64,000 bases of DNA from Eledone cirrhosa (lineage: Eukaryota), in contig OZ024740.1 of assembly GCA_964016885.1 (NCBI GenBank), positions 242,048,001 to 242,112,000 of the forward strand, in the 5' to 3' direction. Position 1 is the first letter of the stretch, and every line of letters starts with the position of its first letter. The translations under genes were made by a program, and so were the position numbers. The notes under the pieces were generated by a model. The model did no database searches and was not told where the DNA came from. It saw only the letters and a list, made by a program, of their open reading frames with translations. Below are positions 40,051-52,240 of the stretch, piece after piece.

Positions 40051-40176
40051 TATACAAAATACAAAATATATATAACCGGCAAATTTACAAATTCAAATTA
40101 CATCATCAATAATAATATTAATAATAAAGATAGAGAGAGAAAAAAGAAGGAGGAAGAAAGGGATATAAATACAGTA

Positions 40177-40177
<1 letters not shown>

Positions 40178-40212
<35 letters not shown>

Positions 40213-40265
40213 AGAAGAAGAAGAAGAAGAAGAAGAAGAAGAAGAAGAAGAAGAAGAAGAAGAAG

Positions 40266-40294
<29 letters not shown>
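40178..40294. repeat. (GAAA)n(GAA)n microsatellite
   Basis: Direct reading. Confidence 0.95.
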
Positions 40295-40296
<2 letters not shown>

Positions 40297-40554
40297 GATT
40301 ACAGAGAAAAATGTAAAGAGAAGAAAATATATGAAAATATATGGAAATGATAAAAGGCAACTCAGAAGATAACTCCGATATAAAACCTGCGGCTCAGTAG
40401 TTACCGATGATGTTGATCTTTTCTTCTTTTCGGGTTATAGCTACTGTTGCTCAGAGAGTGGGATTGGCTCAGTGCACAGTCTTTCCTCACTTTAAAAAAT
40501 ATCTTCACGCACAGGCATTGCACGATAGAATTAATTAATAATTATTAATAATGG

Positions 40555-40880
40555 TATATCGTGCAATGGCCATACTCGATAACGAGGTGGCAGCCATCGT
40601 ATGTATGTATGTATGTATGTATGTATGTATGTATGTATGTATGTATGTATGTATGTATGTATGTATGTATGCATGTATGTATGTACGTATGCCTGTATGT
40701 ATGTGTGTGTGTGTATATATGTATGTATGTATGTATATTTGTGTGTGTATGTAAATATGTATGTATATATAAACGTACGTACATAAATACATACATATGT
40801 ACTTATATACATACATACATACATACATACATACATACATACATACATACATACATACATACATACATACATACATACAT
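40555..40880 (+). repeat. 3' stub related to the 62733-64000 element, followed by (TATG)n and then inverted (CATA)n
   Basis: TGGCCATACTCGATAACGAGGTGGCAGCCATC resembles TGGCCGTACTCGAAAACGAGTTGGCAGCCACC. Confidence 0.7.
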
Positions 40881-42046
40881 GTCATAGTAAACATTTTAAA
40901 GTGAGCGAAATAAATTATTTCCTGCATATTCTGTGAATTATTATAGACGTCCAATTGAGAGGTTGTTAATTATTAATGAAAAATAAATAAATAAATAAAT
41001 AAATAAATAAACAAATAAATAAATAAATAAAATAAAATATATACAGATGCTTTCCAATGGGAAGCTGACTGGAAAATTAAGCATCAATTAAGTGTACGTA
41101 TCCCATTTAATACTTTAATACTTAATCTTGAATATATTTGATTACAGATGCCGGGGTCATACTTTATTGTTCATACTGTTTGCATTATAAAAATAGTCAG
41201 AGATTTGTGCCTGGAATAGATGGGAGAATACGAAATGCTTTGGGGTTCTTTTAGTATATATATTTCTTAAATATAATATAGTTTATGTATATTTAAGAAA
41301 GGTGTATTTACATTATATGTAATGCGAGTTCTTCAGCAAGCTAAACGTACAATAAGACCTTGTTCTGTTACACGATCCTTATTTTGACATTAATAACATA
41401 TTTTGAAGTTCAATGCCCTTCTCTTGACCCTAACCAAAAAGCCATTTGGGTAGAAATGTTCAGTTAACATTAGATTATAAGTAAATAAAAAGAAAAAAAT
41501 GAAACTTCAGTTTCTACATATGTATTGATAAAATGATAAACTATTAATGATTATTTTCTTTTCAACTGCCACTAAACATTCACCACATATACAAATTAAC
41601 AACTAAATTTTTTAAGCATAATATTCAGCTGCTAATAATATATCAAATTTACTATTTGTTGTACAGATAAAAAAAAAATTCCTAGACACGCTAGCTAATA
41701 AAAAATGATAGTTTCTGTTACAAACATATAAACAAAAGATATATAAACAGACTTGTATTTACATTGGTACTACATAGTTATTTTTAATAGCATACCGTCA
41801 TTTGTATGGGAATGTATAATATGCATGATTATATATATATATATATATATTAGAAAGTGAGGTTTTTTTACAAAATGAAAAATAACCGAGGTGTCCTACA
41901 CGAGTGAAAGTATAAAGTAAAAAAGTTGAAATCGAAAATGCAACTGGAGTTTTATTTTTTTTTAAATATATATATTTATTTGGTTCCTTTACCGGTTTCG
42001 CAGTTCTTCTGCTTTTCAAAAGTAGAGTTGAGAAGGAGGGTCTGTG

Positions 42047-42084
<38 letters not shown>

Positions 42085-42516
42085 CTTTGAGTCTTAGTCA
42101 TTGATGTTTTTAACTGGAAAGTTTGTTGAAATGAATATCAAGCCACTACCTGCAGCCTCAGATATTCAGGACGTATCGGAGGGTTCCTGCTGTTTCCAGC
42201 AAGCATGCCTTTTGAAGTGTTCCAAAAAGCGGGGCGGGACCAATTTTCTTTAACCATCCTTGGAAACTCTTTGAGATAGTACCTAGTGTGCCTATGACAA
42301 TCTATGACACTTTGACCTCATGGCAGTTCCAAATCCTTTTTACCTCCCACTTTAAGTCCTGGTATCGGTTAATCTTCAGATCTCCTTAAGTAGAGTCTAT
42401 CGACATCACTCCGCTTGTGGAACATGTTGTAGATAGTCAACAGCTTCCTAGTTTTCCTATCCATTTCTTTTTGTTCAGTAACATTCCATCTCAGAATTCC
42501 CGCACTGTACCTAATA
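42085..42516 (-). mobile_element. Diverged, internally deleted R4/Dong 3' fragment
   Basis: 3' UTR and RLE end joined to the DRLYLRR thumb region. Confidence 0.85.
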
Positions 42517-42529
42517 ATATTATTATTAA

Positions 42530-42994
42530 GAGGTTGTATGGTGGACGAGGTTGAAAGGACTGAAGACAGACAATTTTCTCTTCGGCCAATCCCTCATCAA
42601 CTTTTTCAAGTTTCACTTTGAAAGGAAGGTGAGGGTGGAGAGAGGAGTGCTGTCCACCAGTACATTTGCTGAAAGGTGGGTGAATGTGGCGAGAATGGCC
42701 GTGTGAGTGGGCCTACTGTGGTCATGCGGCTGTAGGTAGCTAAATTTGAGGAGGAGAGGGGGTGCCCTTCTAGGGTGCTCTCGAAGCGTCGGGTCGTTCA
42801 GGATTGGTGGGCTACCTGAGCGAACCCTGGGTGGTCATCCCCCCTATTGGAGAATTTTTTCTTGTAATTTTCTTGTTATTTATTGTTACTTTGTTATTGT
42901 TCCATATGGTTTACTCGATTTTTCTGTAAAACCCCACTGTCCCAGTCTTTTGTATTAACCCCTATATGTCGGACCATGTGGCTAATAAATGAAA

Positions 42995-42996
<2 letters not shown>
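42530..42996 (+). mobile_element. Tx1/L1-like 3' fragment with (ATT)n tail
   Basis: LINFFKFHFERKVRVERGVLS matches the end of 54379-55026; AATAAA then (ATT)n. Confidence 0.8.
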
Positions 42997-43026
<30 letters not shown>

Positions 43027-43027
<1 letters not shown>

Positions 43028-46000
43028 CTTGAATCTCAGTCATTGATGTTGGTTAACTGGAAAGTCCGTTGGAATGAATAACAAGCCACTACCTGCAGCC
43101 TCAGATATTCAGGACGTATCTGAGGGTTCTTGCTGTTCCAAGCAAGCATGCCTTTTGAAGCGTTCCAAAAAGCGTGAAGGGGCCGATTTTCTTTAACCAT
43201 CCCTGGAAACTTTTGGAGATAGTCCCCAGTGCGCCTATGACAATTGGGATCACTTTGACTTCATGGCAGTTCCAAATCCTTTTTACCTCCCACTTTAAGT
43301 CCTGGTATCGGTTAATTTTCTCCCTCTCCTTCTCTTGCACTCTCGTGTCGAATGGGCAGGCCACATCCACAATCAGACACGATCTTTTTTCTTTGTCCAC
43401 AACCACCAGGTCAGGTCTATTGTGTTCCAGTTTCTTGTCGGTCTGTATCCTAAAATCCCACAGCACCTTCACCTGATCGTTCTCCATCACCGCCTCTGGC
43501 CTATGCTCATACCATTTCTCAGAATGTGGTAAATTGTTTACTTTGCATAGGTGCCAGTGGATCACCCTGTCCATCACATCATGTCTCCAGCCCTTATAGT
43601 GGGTCTGGGCTAGGTGTTTACACTCGGATACAATGTGAGCCACAGTCTCCTCTCTCTCTCTCCACAGATCCTGCACAGTGGGCTAGCCTCCTCCTTGTAA
43701 ATATGGTGTTTCAACCACTTCGTTTTGAGGGCCTGCTCCTGCGCAGCCATTAGCATTCCTTCTGTAGCCTTTTTGAGGTCTCCTCTTCTCAACCAGTTCC
43801 ATGTCTGTGGATCTTTAAATTCAGTTTTCTCAAAGAAGGTACTATGAAGGGATTTTCCCTGAAGGCTTCTCTTTCTCCTTGATGTTATTTCCTCCTTGGA
43901 CATCCCCTGGCCTACTGTCCCCTCCTTCAGTACAGTTCTGAGCATTGGCTCCTTACAATCAGTCACGTATTTGTATAGGTTGTTTTTCTCCATCTGAACA
44001 CAGTCCTCTATGCTGATAAGACCTCTTCCACCCTCAGATCTCCTTAGGTAGAGTCTATCGACATCACTCCTCTTGTGGAACATGTTGTAGATAGTCAATA
44101 GCTTCCTAGTCTTCCTATCCATTTCTTTTTGTTCAGCAACATTCCATCTCAGAATTCCCGCACTGTACCTAATAATAGACACAGCTCGGGAATTTACTGC
44201 GCTTATGGCATTTCTGCTGTTCAGATGTGACTTCAATACGCTCCTTACTCTCCGAATGTATTCAGTTCTTAACAATTCCTTCATTTTTTTGTTCTTTATG
44301 CCATCAGCCTCCAGAACGCCCAAATACTTGTATCCTTCCTCAGAGTCAATTTCCTTTATCATCTCACCTGTTGGTATCTGGATTCCGTTACTTCTGCTCA
44401 ACCTACCCCTCCTCATCACAATGACTCCACACTTACTAATACCAAACTGCATACATATATCAGTGCTGAAAATGCGGACAGTGTTAACAAGCACATCCAA
44501 CTCCTTCTCACTTTTCCCGAAGAGCTTAAGATCGTGCATGAAGAGGAGGTGATTGATGGTAAGCTCTCCCTTTCCCAACTTGTATCCTGCTCTCACTCTT
44601 CGCAGCATAATGGTCAAGGGCATCAGGGCATGGACAAACAACAGAGGGGACAGGCTATCTCCCTGGAAGATACCTCTCTTGATCTTCACGCTTCCCAAGG
44701 ATTCTCCAGTTGATGTCAACCCCTGTCTCCCAGGACCCCATACTCCTGCCCAGCAACTGTCTGATGTTATCTGCCACCTTGAAGATCTCCAGGCTTTTGG
44801 TGATCCAAGAGTGAGGCACCATGTCAAATGCCTTTCTGTAGTCTATCCATCCCATGGCAAGATCAGTGTATCTCCTCCTGCAATTCCCCATTACCATCTT
44901 ATCAATAAGTAACTGGTCCTTTGTACCACGGGACTTCTTTCGGCATCCTTTCTGTTCGTCCGGTAACAAGTTGTTTGTGTGGAGGTGATGGTAGATTTCC
45001 TCAGACACAATGCTCGTCAACAGTTTCCACATTACGGACAGACATGTGATAGGTCTATAGTTGGTAACATCATTACCCTTGATTCGGTCTTTCATTATCA
45101 GAACTGTGGTACCTTTTGTCAACCACTCTGGCACCTCACCCGACACCAAGCAGTCATTGAACATGGCCGTCAGTTTCGGGTGGAGGGATGTTAAATTTTT
45201 AATCCAATACCCCTGCACACCATCTGGGCCTGGTGATTTCCAGTTGGTTAGTTTGTTTGCCTGCCCCTTAAGAGTTTCAACTGTGATACTCAAATCAGTT
45301 TGTTGGTGTGCCTGCTCACCGATCTCCCTCTGTACTGTCTCAATCCACCCTGCCTGGTCATTATGTCTAACATCCTGTTCCCATATTCCTCTCCAGAATG
45401 TTTTAGTTTGTTCCGCCTCGGGGATCAAGTCGTTGCCTCTTTCTTTCCCCTCAAGCTGTCCAAACAGCATCTTCTGGTTGTTGTCGAACATGCGGTTCTG
45501 TTTATACTGACTGACTCTGTTCTCGTATCGCCTGATTTTTGCACTCTTTGCTACAATGCGTTGCTTCAGTTCCTCTATGATAATATTTAGCTTTTTCCTC
45601 CTAGATTTGTACTTTATTTCCAGTCTATTTTTAGTGCCTATGTTTTGTAGTGTCCCATTCTGTAGTGACTCAAGCTTTCTTATGTCATTTCTCATTTCCT
45701 TGATTTGACCACTTAGTCGTTTCTTCCACCAAGGCTCTGCTCTTTCTTGTCTGTTGTTTCCTCTCGCTTTTATACCAAGTAGTTTCCTCACCGTATTTGC
45801 TGTTGCTTTGAGGATATTGTTGCACTGGTGAAGGCTCCTCGCCTCAAGGTATGGGATGACTTTGTTTACCCTAGCTGTTGTTTCTTTTAACTTTTTCCTG
45901 TCTACAAATCTTAGGTTCATAGGTCTCCCACTATCATTGTTCAATTCATCTACCACTAAATTTAGGATGTCAACCGAATCTTGTCCCAGCCCGTCAGCAT

Positions 46001-46708
46001 TCATCTCCTCAGTGGCCGTATCTCTGTTCCAGGTATTATTTATCTCAGTGTTCAGATCATTGTCTGCTTCGGGTGGTTCCTCCGTTCTCTCGACCTCTAC
46101 ACTTTCATTTCCCACTGGCTCGTTTGTCTGGCATACTACACCATCCATCTCCAAGCTATTCTCTCTGCCCAGTTCCTCCAGTTCCAGCTCGCTTATCCAC
46201 CCATTAGTTCTTATTACCCGAGCCTGCCCGGCCAATTTTTGTTCATCTAATTTAAATAGACCAATCTCGTTCCAGATGTTATGCATCCGTCTCCTGTAGC
46301 CCCTCTCCTTGGGGTTACGTTTCAGGTAACATTGCATAACAGTTCTATTCAATTCTTTCGTTCAGTTGGTTCTGGCCCCTTTCCTTCTTCTTCTTCCTCC
46401 AACACCAGCAGTATTTGGTTGACAGTCAGGTTCCTGCTGCTGAGCCAGGGGGCACCTGTTGGGTGAGAGTCTGTCACATGACGTTCTAGTCTCCATTTCA
46501 CCGTTATTCGAACTGTTTAGGTTCGATATTTAAACACTCTTATCGAGGATTGTCGAATGTATGGTTACATAGCCATCTGTGGATTTACCGTTTCCGGTGG
46601 TTGCGCCGTTCCATTTGGCACCTGTATGGCATTATCACCACGCTGTAGACGAACACAAATAAACAAACAAACATGCAGGCATAAAAAACCCCAAAAATGA
46701 ATAAGCAT
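43027..46708 (-). mobile_element. Full-length R4/Dong-type non-LTR retrotransposon, copy 1 (dead)
   Basis: RT + CCHC + RLE (PD..D) ORF from ATG 46496 with an early TGA, two frameshifts and active-site FMDD changed to FMHD; (TAA)n at both ends. Confidence 0.92.
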
Positions 46709-46742
46709 TATTATTATTATTATTATTACTGTTATTGTTATT

Positions 46743-49700
46743 CCTTGAATCTCAGTCATTGATGTTGGTTAACTGGAAAGTCCGTTGGATTGAATATCAA
46801 GCCACTACCTGCAGCCTCAGATATTCAGGACGTATCGGAGGGTTCTTGCTGTTCCAAGCAAGCATGCCTTTTGAAGCGTTCCAAAAAGCGTGAAGGGGCC
46901 GATTTTCTTTAACCATCCCTGGAAACTTTTGGAGATAGTCCCCAGTGCGCCTATGACAATCGGGATCACTTTGACTTCATGGCAGTTCCAAATCCTTTTC
47001 ACCTCCCACTTTAGGTCCTGGTATCGGTTAATTTTCTCCCTCTCCTTCTCTTGCACTCTCGTGTCGAACGGGCAGGCCACATCCACAATCAGGCACGATC
47101 TTTTTTCTTTGTCCACAACCACCAGGTCAGGTCTATTGTGTTCCAGTTTTTTGTCCGTCTGTATCCTAAAATCCCACAGCACCTTCACCTGATTGTTCTC
47201 CATCACCGCCTCTGGCCTATGCTCATACCATTTCTCAGAATGTGGTAGATTGTTTACTTTGCACAGGTGCCAGTGGATCACCCTGCCTATCACATCGTGT
47301 CTCCAGCCCTTATAGTGGGTCTGGGCTAGGTGTTTACACTCGGACACAATGTGAGCCACAGTCTCCTCTCTCTCTCCACAGATCCTGCACAGTGGGCTGG
47401 CCTCCTCCTTGTAGATATGGTGCTTCAACCACTTCGTTTTGAGGGCCTGCTCCTGCGCAGCCATTAGCATTCCTTCTGTAGCCTTTTTGAGGTCTCCTCT
47501 TCTCAACCAGTTCCATGTCTGTGGATCTCTAAATTCAGTTTTCTCAAAGAAGGTACTATGAAGGGGTTTTCCCTTAAGGCTGCTCTTCCTCCTTGATGTT
47601 ATTTCCTCCCTGGACATCCCCTGGCCTACTGTCCCCTCCTTCAGTACAGCTCTGAGCATTGGCTCCTTACTATAGGTCACGTATTTGTATAGGTTGTTTT
47701 TCTCCATCTGAACACAGTCCTCTATGCTGATAAGACCTCTTCCACCCTCAGATCTCCTTAGGTAGAGTCTATCGACATCACTCCTCTTGTGGAACATGTT
47801 GTAGATAGTCAATAGCTTCCTAGTCTTCCTATCCATTTCTTTCTGTTCAGCAACATTCCATCTCAGAATTCCCGCACTGTACCTAATAACAGACACAGCT
47901 CGGGAATTTACTGCGCTTGTGGCATTTCTGCTGTTCAGATGTGACTTCAATACGCTCCTTACTCTCCGAATGTATTCAGTTCTTAACAATTCCTTCATTT
48001 TTTTGTTCTTTATGCCATCAGCCTCCAGAACGCCCAAATACTTGTATCCTTCCTCAGAGTCAATTTCCTTTATCATCTCACCTGTTGGTATCTGGATCCC
48101 GTTACTTCTGCTCAACCTACCCCTCTTCATCACAATGACTCCACATTTACTAATACCAAACTGCATACATATATCACTGCTGAAAATACGGACAGTGTCA
48201 ACAAGCACATCCAACTCCTTCTCACTTTTCCCGAAGAGCTTAAGATCGTCCATGAAGAGGAGGTGATTGATGGTAAGCTCTCCCCTTCCCAACTTGTATC
48301 CTGCTCTCACTTTTCGCAGCATAATGGTCAAGGGCATCAGGGCAAGGACAAACAACAGAGGGGACAGGCTATCTCCCTGGAAGATACCTCTCTTGATCTT
48401 CACGCTTCCCAAGGATACTCCAGTTGATGTCAACTCTGTCTCCCAGGACCCCATACTCCTGCCTAGCAACTGTCTGATGTTATCCGCCACCCTGAAGATC
48501 TCCAGGCTTTTGGTGATCCAGGAATGAGGCACCATGTCAAATGCCTTTCTGTAGTCTATCCATCCCATGGCAAGATCAGTGTGTCTCCTCCTGCAATTCC
48601 CCATTACCATCTTATCAATAAGCAACTGGTCCTTTGTACCACGTGACTTCTTTCGGCATCCTTTCTGTTCGTCCGGTAACAAGTTGTTTGTGTGGAGGTG
48701 ATGGTAGATTTCCTCAGACACAATGCTCGTCAACAGTTTCCACATTACGGGCAGACATGTGATAGGTCTATAGTTGGTAGCATCATTACCCTTGATTCGG
48801 TCTTTCATTATCAGAACTGTGGTACCTTTTGTCAACCACTCTGGCACCTCACCCGACACCAAGCAGTCATTGAACATGGCCGTCAGCTTCGGGTGGAGGG
48901 ATGTTAGATGTTTAATCCAATACCCCTGCACACCATCTGGGCCTGGCGATTTCCAGTTGGTTAGTTTTTTGGCTTGTCCCTTAAGAGTTTCAACTGTGAT
49001 ACTCAAATCAGTCTGTTGCTGTGCCTGCTCACCGATCTCCCTCTGTACTGTCTCAATCCACCCTGCCTGGGCATTGTGTCTAACATCCTGCTCCCATATT
49101 CCTCTCCAGAATGTTTTAGTTTGCTCCGCCCCAGAGATCAAGTCGTTGCCTCTTTCTTTGCCCTCAAGCTGTCCAAACAGCATCTTCTGGTTGTTGTCGA
49201 ACATGCGGTTCTGTTTATACTGACTGACTCTGTTCTCGTATCGCCTGATTTTTGCACTCTTTGCTACAATGCGTTGCTTCAATTCCTCTATGATAATATT
49301 TAGCTTTTTACTCCTAGTTTTGTATTTTATTTCCAGTCTATTTTTAGTGCCTATGTTTTTTAGTGTCCCATTCAGTAGTGACTCAAGCTTTCCTATGTCA
49401 TTTCTCATTTCCCCGATTTGCCCACTCAGTCGCTTCTTCCACCACGGCTCTGCTCTTTCTTGTCTGTTGTTTCCTCTCGCTTTTATACCAAGTAGCTTCC
49501 TCACCGTATTTGCTGTTGCTCTGAGGATATTGTTGCACTGGTGAAGGCTCCTCGCCTCAAGGTATGGGATGACTTTGTTTACCTTAGCTGTTGTTTCTTT
49601 TAACTTTTTCCTGTCTACAAATCTTAGGTTCATAGGTCTCCCACTATCATTGTTCAATTCATCTACCACTAAATTTAGGATGTCAACCGAATCTTGTCCT

Positions 49701-50403
49701 AGCCCGTCAGCATTCATCTCCTCAGTGGCCGTATCTCTGTTCCAGGTATTATTTATCTCAGTACTCAGATCATTGTCTGCTTCGGGTGGTTCCTCCGTTC
49801 TCAGGACCTCCTCACCTTCATTTCCCACCGGCTCGCTTGTCTGGCATACTACACCCGCCATCTCCAAGCCATTCTCTCTGCTCAGTTCCTCCAGTTCCAG
49901 CTCGCTTATCCACCCATTAGTTCTTATTACCCGAGCCTGCCCGGCCAATTTTTGTTCATCTAATTTAAATAAACCAATCTCGTTCCAGATGTTATGCATC
50001 CGTCTCCTGTAGCCCCTCTCCTTGGGGTTACTTTTCAGCTAGCATTGCATAACAGTTCTATTCAATTCTTTCGTCCAGTTGGTTCTGGCCCCTTTCCTTC
50101 TTCTCCTTCCTCCAACATCAGCAGTATTTGGTTGACAGTCAGGTTCCTGCTGCTGAGCCAGGGGGCACCTGTTGGGTGAGAGTCTGTCACATGACGTTCT
50201 AGTCTCCATTTCACCGTTATTCGAACTGTTTATGTTCGATATTTAAACACTCTTATCGAGGATTGGCGAATGTATGTTTACATAGCCATCTGTGGGTCCG
50301 CCATCCCACTTGGCCCTTGTGTGGCATTATCACCACGCTGTATACGAACACACATAAACAAACAAACACACAGGCGGAAAGGGCCCCAGAAATGAATAAG
50401 CAT
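46743..50403 (-). mobile_element. Full-length R4/Dong-type non-LTR retrotransposon, copy 2
   Basis: Same structure as copy 1; short 3' UTR ending GATTCAAGG + (AAT/AAC)n. Confidence 0.93.
46817..50209 (-). CDS. R4/Dong-type polyprotein (RT, CCHC knuckle, restriction-like endonuclease); 1130 codons with one TAG at codon 57 (50039-50041), 1060 aa open from ATG 49999
   Basis: KSPGPDG, NYRPITCL, WIDYRKAFDMVPH, GIFQGDSLSP, LLFMDDLK, CRICGEREETVAHIVSEC, RHD and NRPDLVVVD..IVDVACP..EKINRY. Confidence 0.92.
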
Positions 50404-50514
50404 AAGTTTCATTGTAATGTAGTGTTCGAATGTCTGACTTAGTTTTAGTTTTTTAAGTTTTACTTTTTCCCCCCTCTTCTCTGTCCGGCCGCCTGCTTCT
50501 CTCTTCATTCTTAT

Positions 50515-51773
50515 TTTCTTTACGTTTTTGGGGTTTCTTTTTTTTTGTTTTTGTTTTTCTCTGTTTGTTTTTCTCGTTTTTTGCTGTTGTTGCTGTGCTG
50601 CTTTGGTTTTGTTGTTTGTTTTTCCTTTTTTCTTTTGGGTCTATCTATATATTTTGATGCCTTCCTCTTTGTTAGTAGTAGGAATTCTATAATGTGGAAG
50701 TAGCAGCCAGCAGGGAAGTGGGAGACTGGCGGCGTTAGCGATACTGAGACAGTGGTGGTGGTGATGTCGATACCGAGGCAGTGGTGGCGGTGATGTGACC
50801 GTATTATTGTAGTGATGGTGCTGTAGCGGATTCAAGGTGTGGTGGCGGCGGTGCTGGGATAGTGGTGGTAATGATGGCCGTAGTGAGCGGTGGCGGTGAA
50901 GGTGAAAATGTGTCGTTATCTGGCTGTTGTGTTTAGTGTACACAGATGATGGGGTGGGTGGTGTATCTAGTTTCTGGTGTTGGTGAGTTTAGCTGTCCTA
51001 TATAGTGTAGCCAGAGGAGAGGAGGGGAGGGTCTCTTCTTCCATTTATAGCCATTTTTTTTTTTTTTGGATATACAGTGTACAATACAAAGTTGAATATT
51101 TGAATATTTGAGCCTTATAACAATATATTTTCTTTACGTTTTGAGCCTTATAACAATATATTTTCTTTACGTTTTTGGGGTTTCTTTTTTTTGTTTTTGT
51201 TTTTCTCTGTTTGTTTTTCTCGTTTTTTGCTGTTGTTGCTGTGCTGCTTTGGTTTTGTTGTTTGTTTTTTCTTTTTTCTTTTGGGTCTATCTATATATTT
51301 TGATGCCTTCCTCTTTGTTAGTAGTAGGAATTCTATAATGTGGAAGTAGCAGCCAGCAGGGAAGTGGGAGACTGGCGGCGTTAGCGATACTGAGACAGTG
51401 GTGGTGGTGATGTCGATACCGAGGCAGTGGTGGCGGTGATGTGACCGTATTACTGTAGTGATGGTGCTGTAGCGGAGTCAAGGGGTGGTGGCGGCGGTGA
51501 TGGGATAGTGGTGGTAATGATGGCCGTAGTGAGCGGTGGCGGTGAAGGTGAAAATGTGTCGTTATCTGGCTGTTGTGTTTAGTGTACACATATGATGGGG
51601 TGGGTGGTGTATCTAGTTTCTGGTGTTGGTGAGTTTAGCTGTCCTATATAGTGTAGCCAGAGGAGAGGAGGGGAGGGGTTCTTCTTCCATTTATAGCCAT
51701 TTTTTTTTTTGGATATACAGTGTACAATACAAAGTTGAATATTTGAATATTTGAGCCTTATAACAATATATTT
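50515..51773. repeat. Tandem duplication, 646-bp period
   Basis: Near-identical copies; a ~29-bp extra duplication at the junction (51109-51173). Confidence 0.9.
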
Positions 51774-51921
51774 TGGGTCCGAATTTTTTGGGGTCAAGCC
51801 GGGTGCTTTACGTAGCATTTGTGCTAAGAGTTGTTATTTCACAAATGGTTTAAATATGTTAAAAATTCAAAACTTACGGGAGCGATTTCATGACCTCCGT
51901 CACCTCGTGCGTCTTCTTCCC

Positions 51922-51996
<75 letters not shown>

Positions 51997-52005
51997 GTTG
52001 TTATT

Positions 52006-52145
52006 CCTTGAATCTCAGTCATTGATGTTGGTTAACTGGAAAGTCCGTTGGATTGAATATCAAGCCACTACCTGCAGCCTCAGATATTCAGGACGTATCG
52101 GAGGGTTCTTGCTGTTCCAAGCAAGCATGCCTTTTGAAGCGTTGC
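52006..52145 (-). mobile_element. R4/Dong 3' stub flanked by (ATT)n
   Basis: Matches 46743-46880. Confidence 0.9.
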
Positions 52146-52147
52146 AA

Positions 52148-52240
<93 letters not shown>

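Noticed and set aside
43174-50179. Plus-strand ORFs overlapping the Dong-like elements
   Set aside because: Antisense shadows of the RT ORF
50210-50403. HDV-like ribozyme in the Dong-like 5' UTR
   Set aside because: Candidate stems (GGCCCTT/AAGGGCC, TCCGCC/GGCGGA) are not conserved in copy 1, and I could not build the nested double pseudoknot
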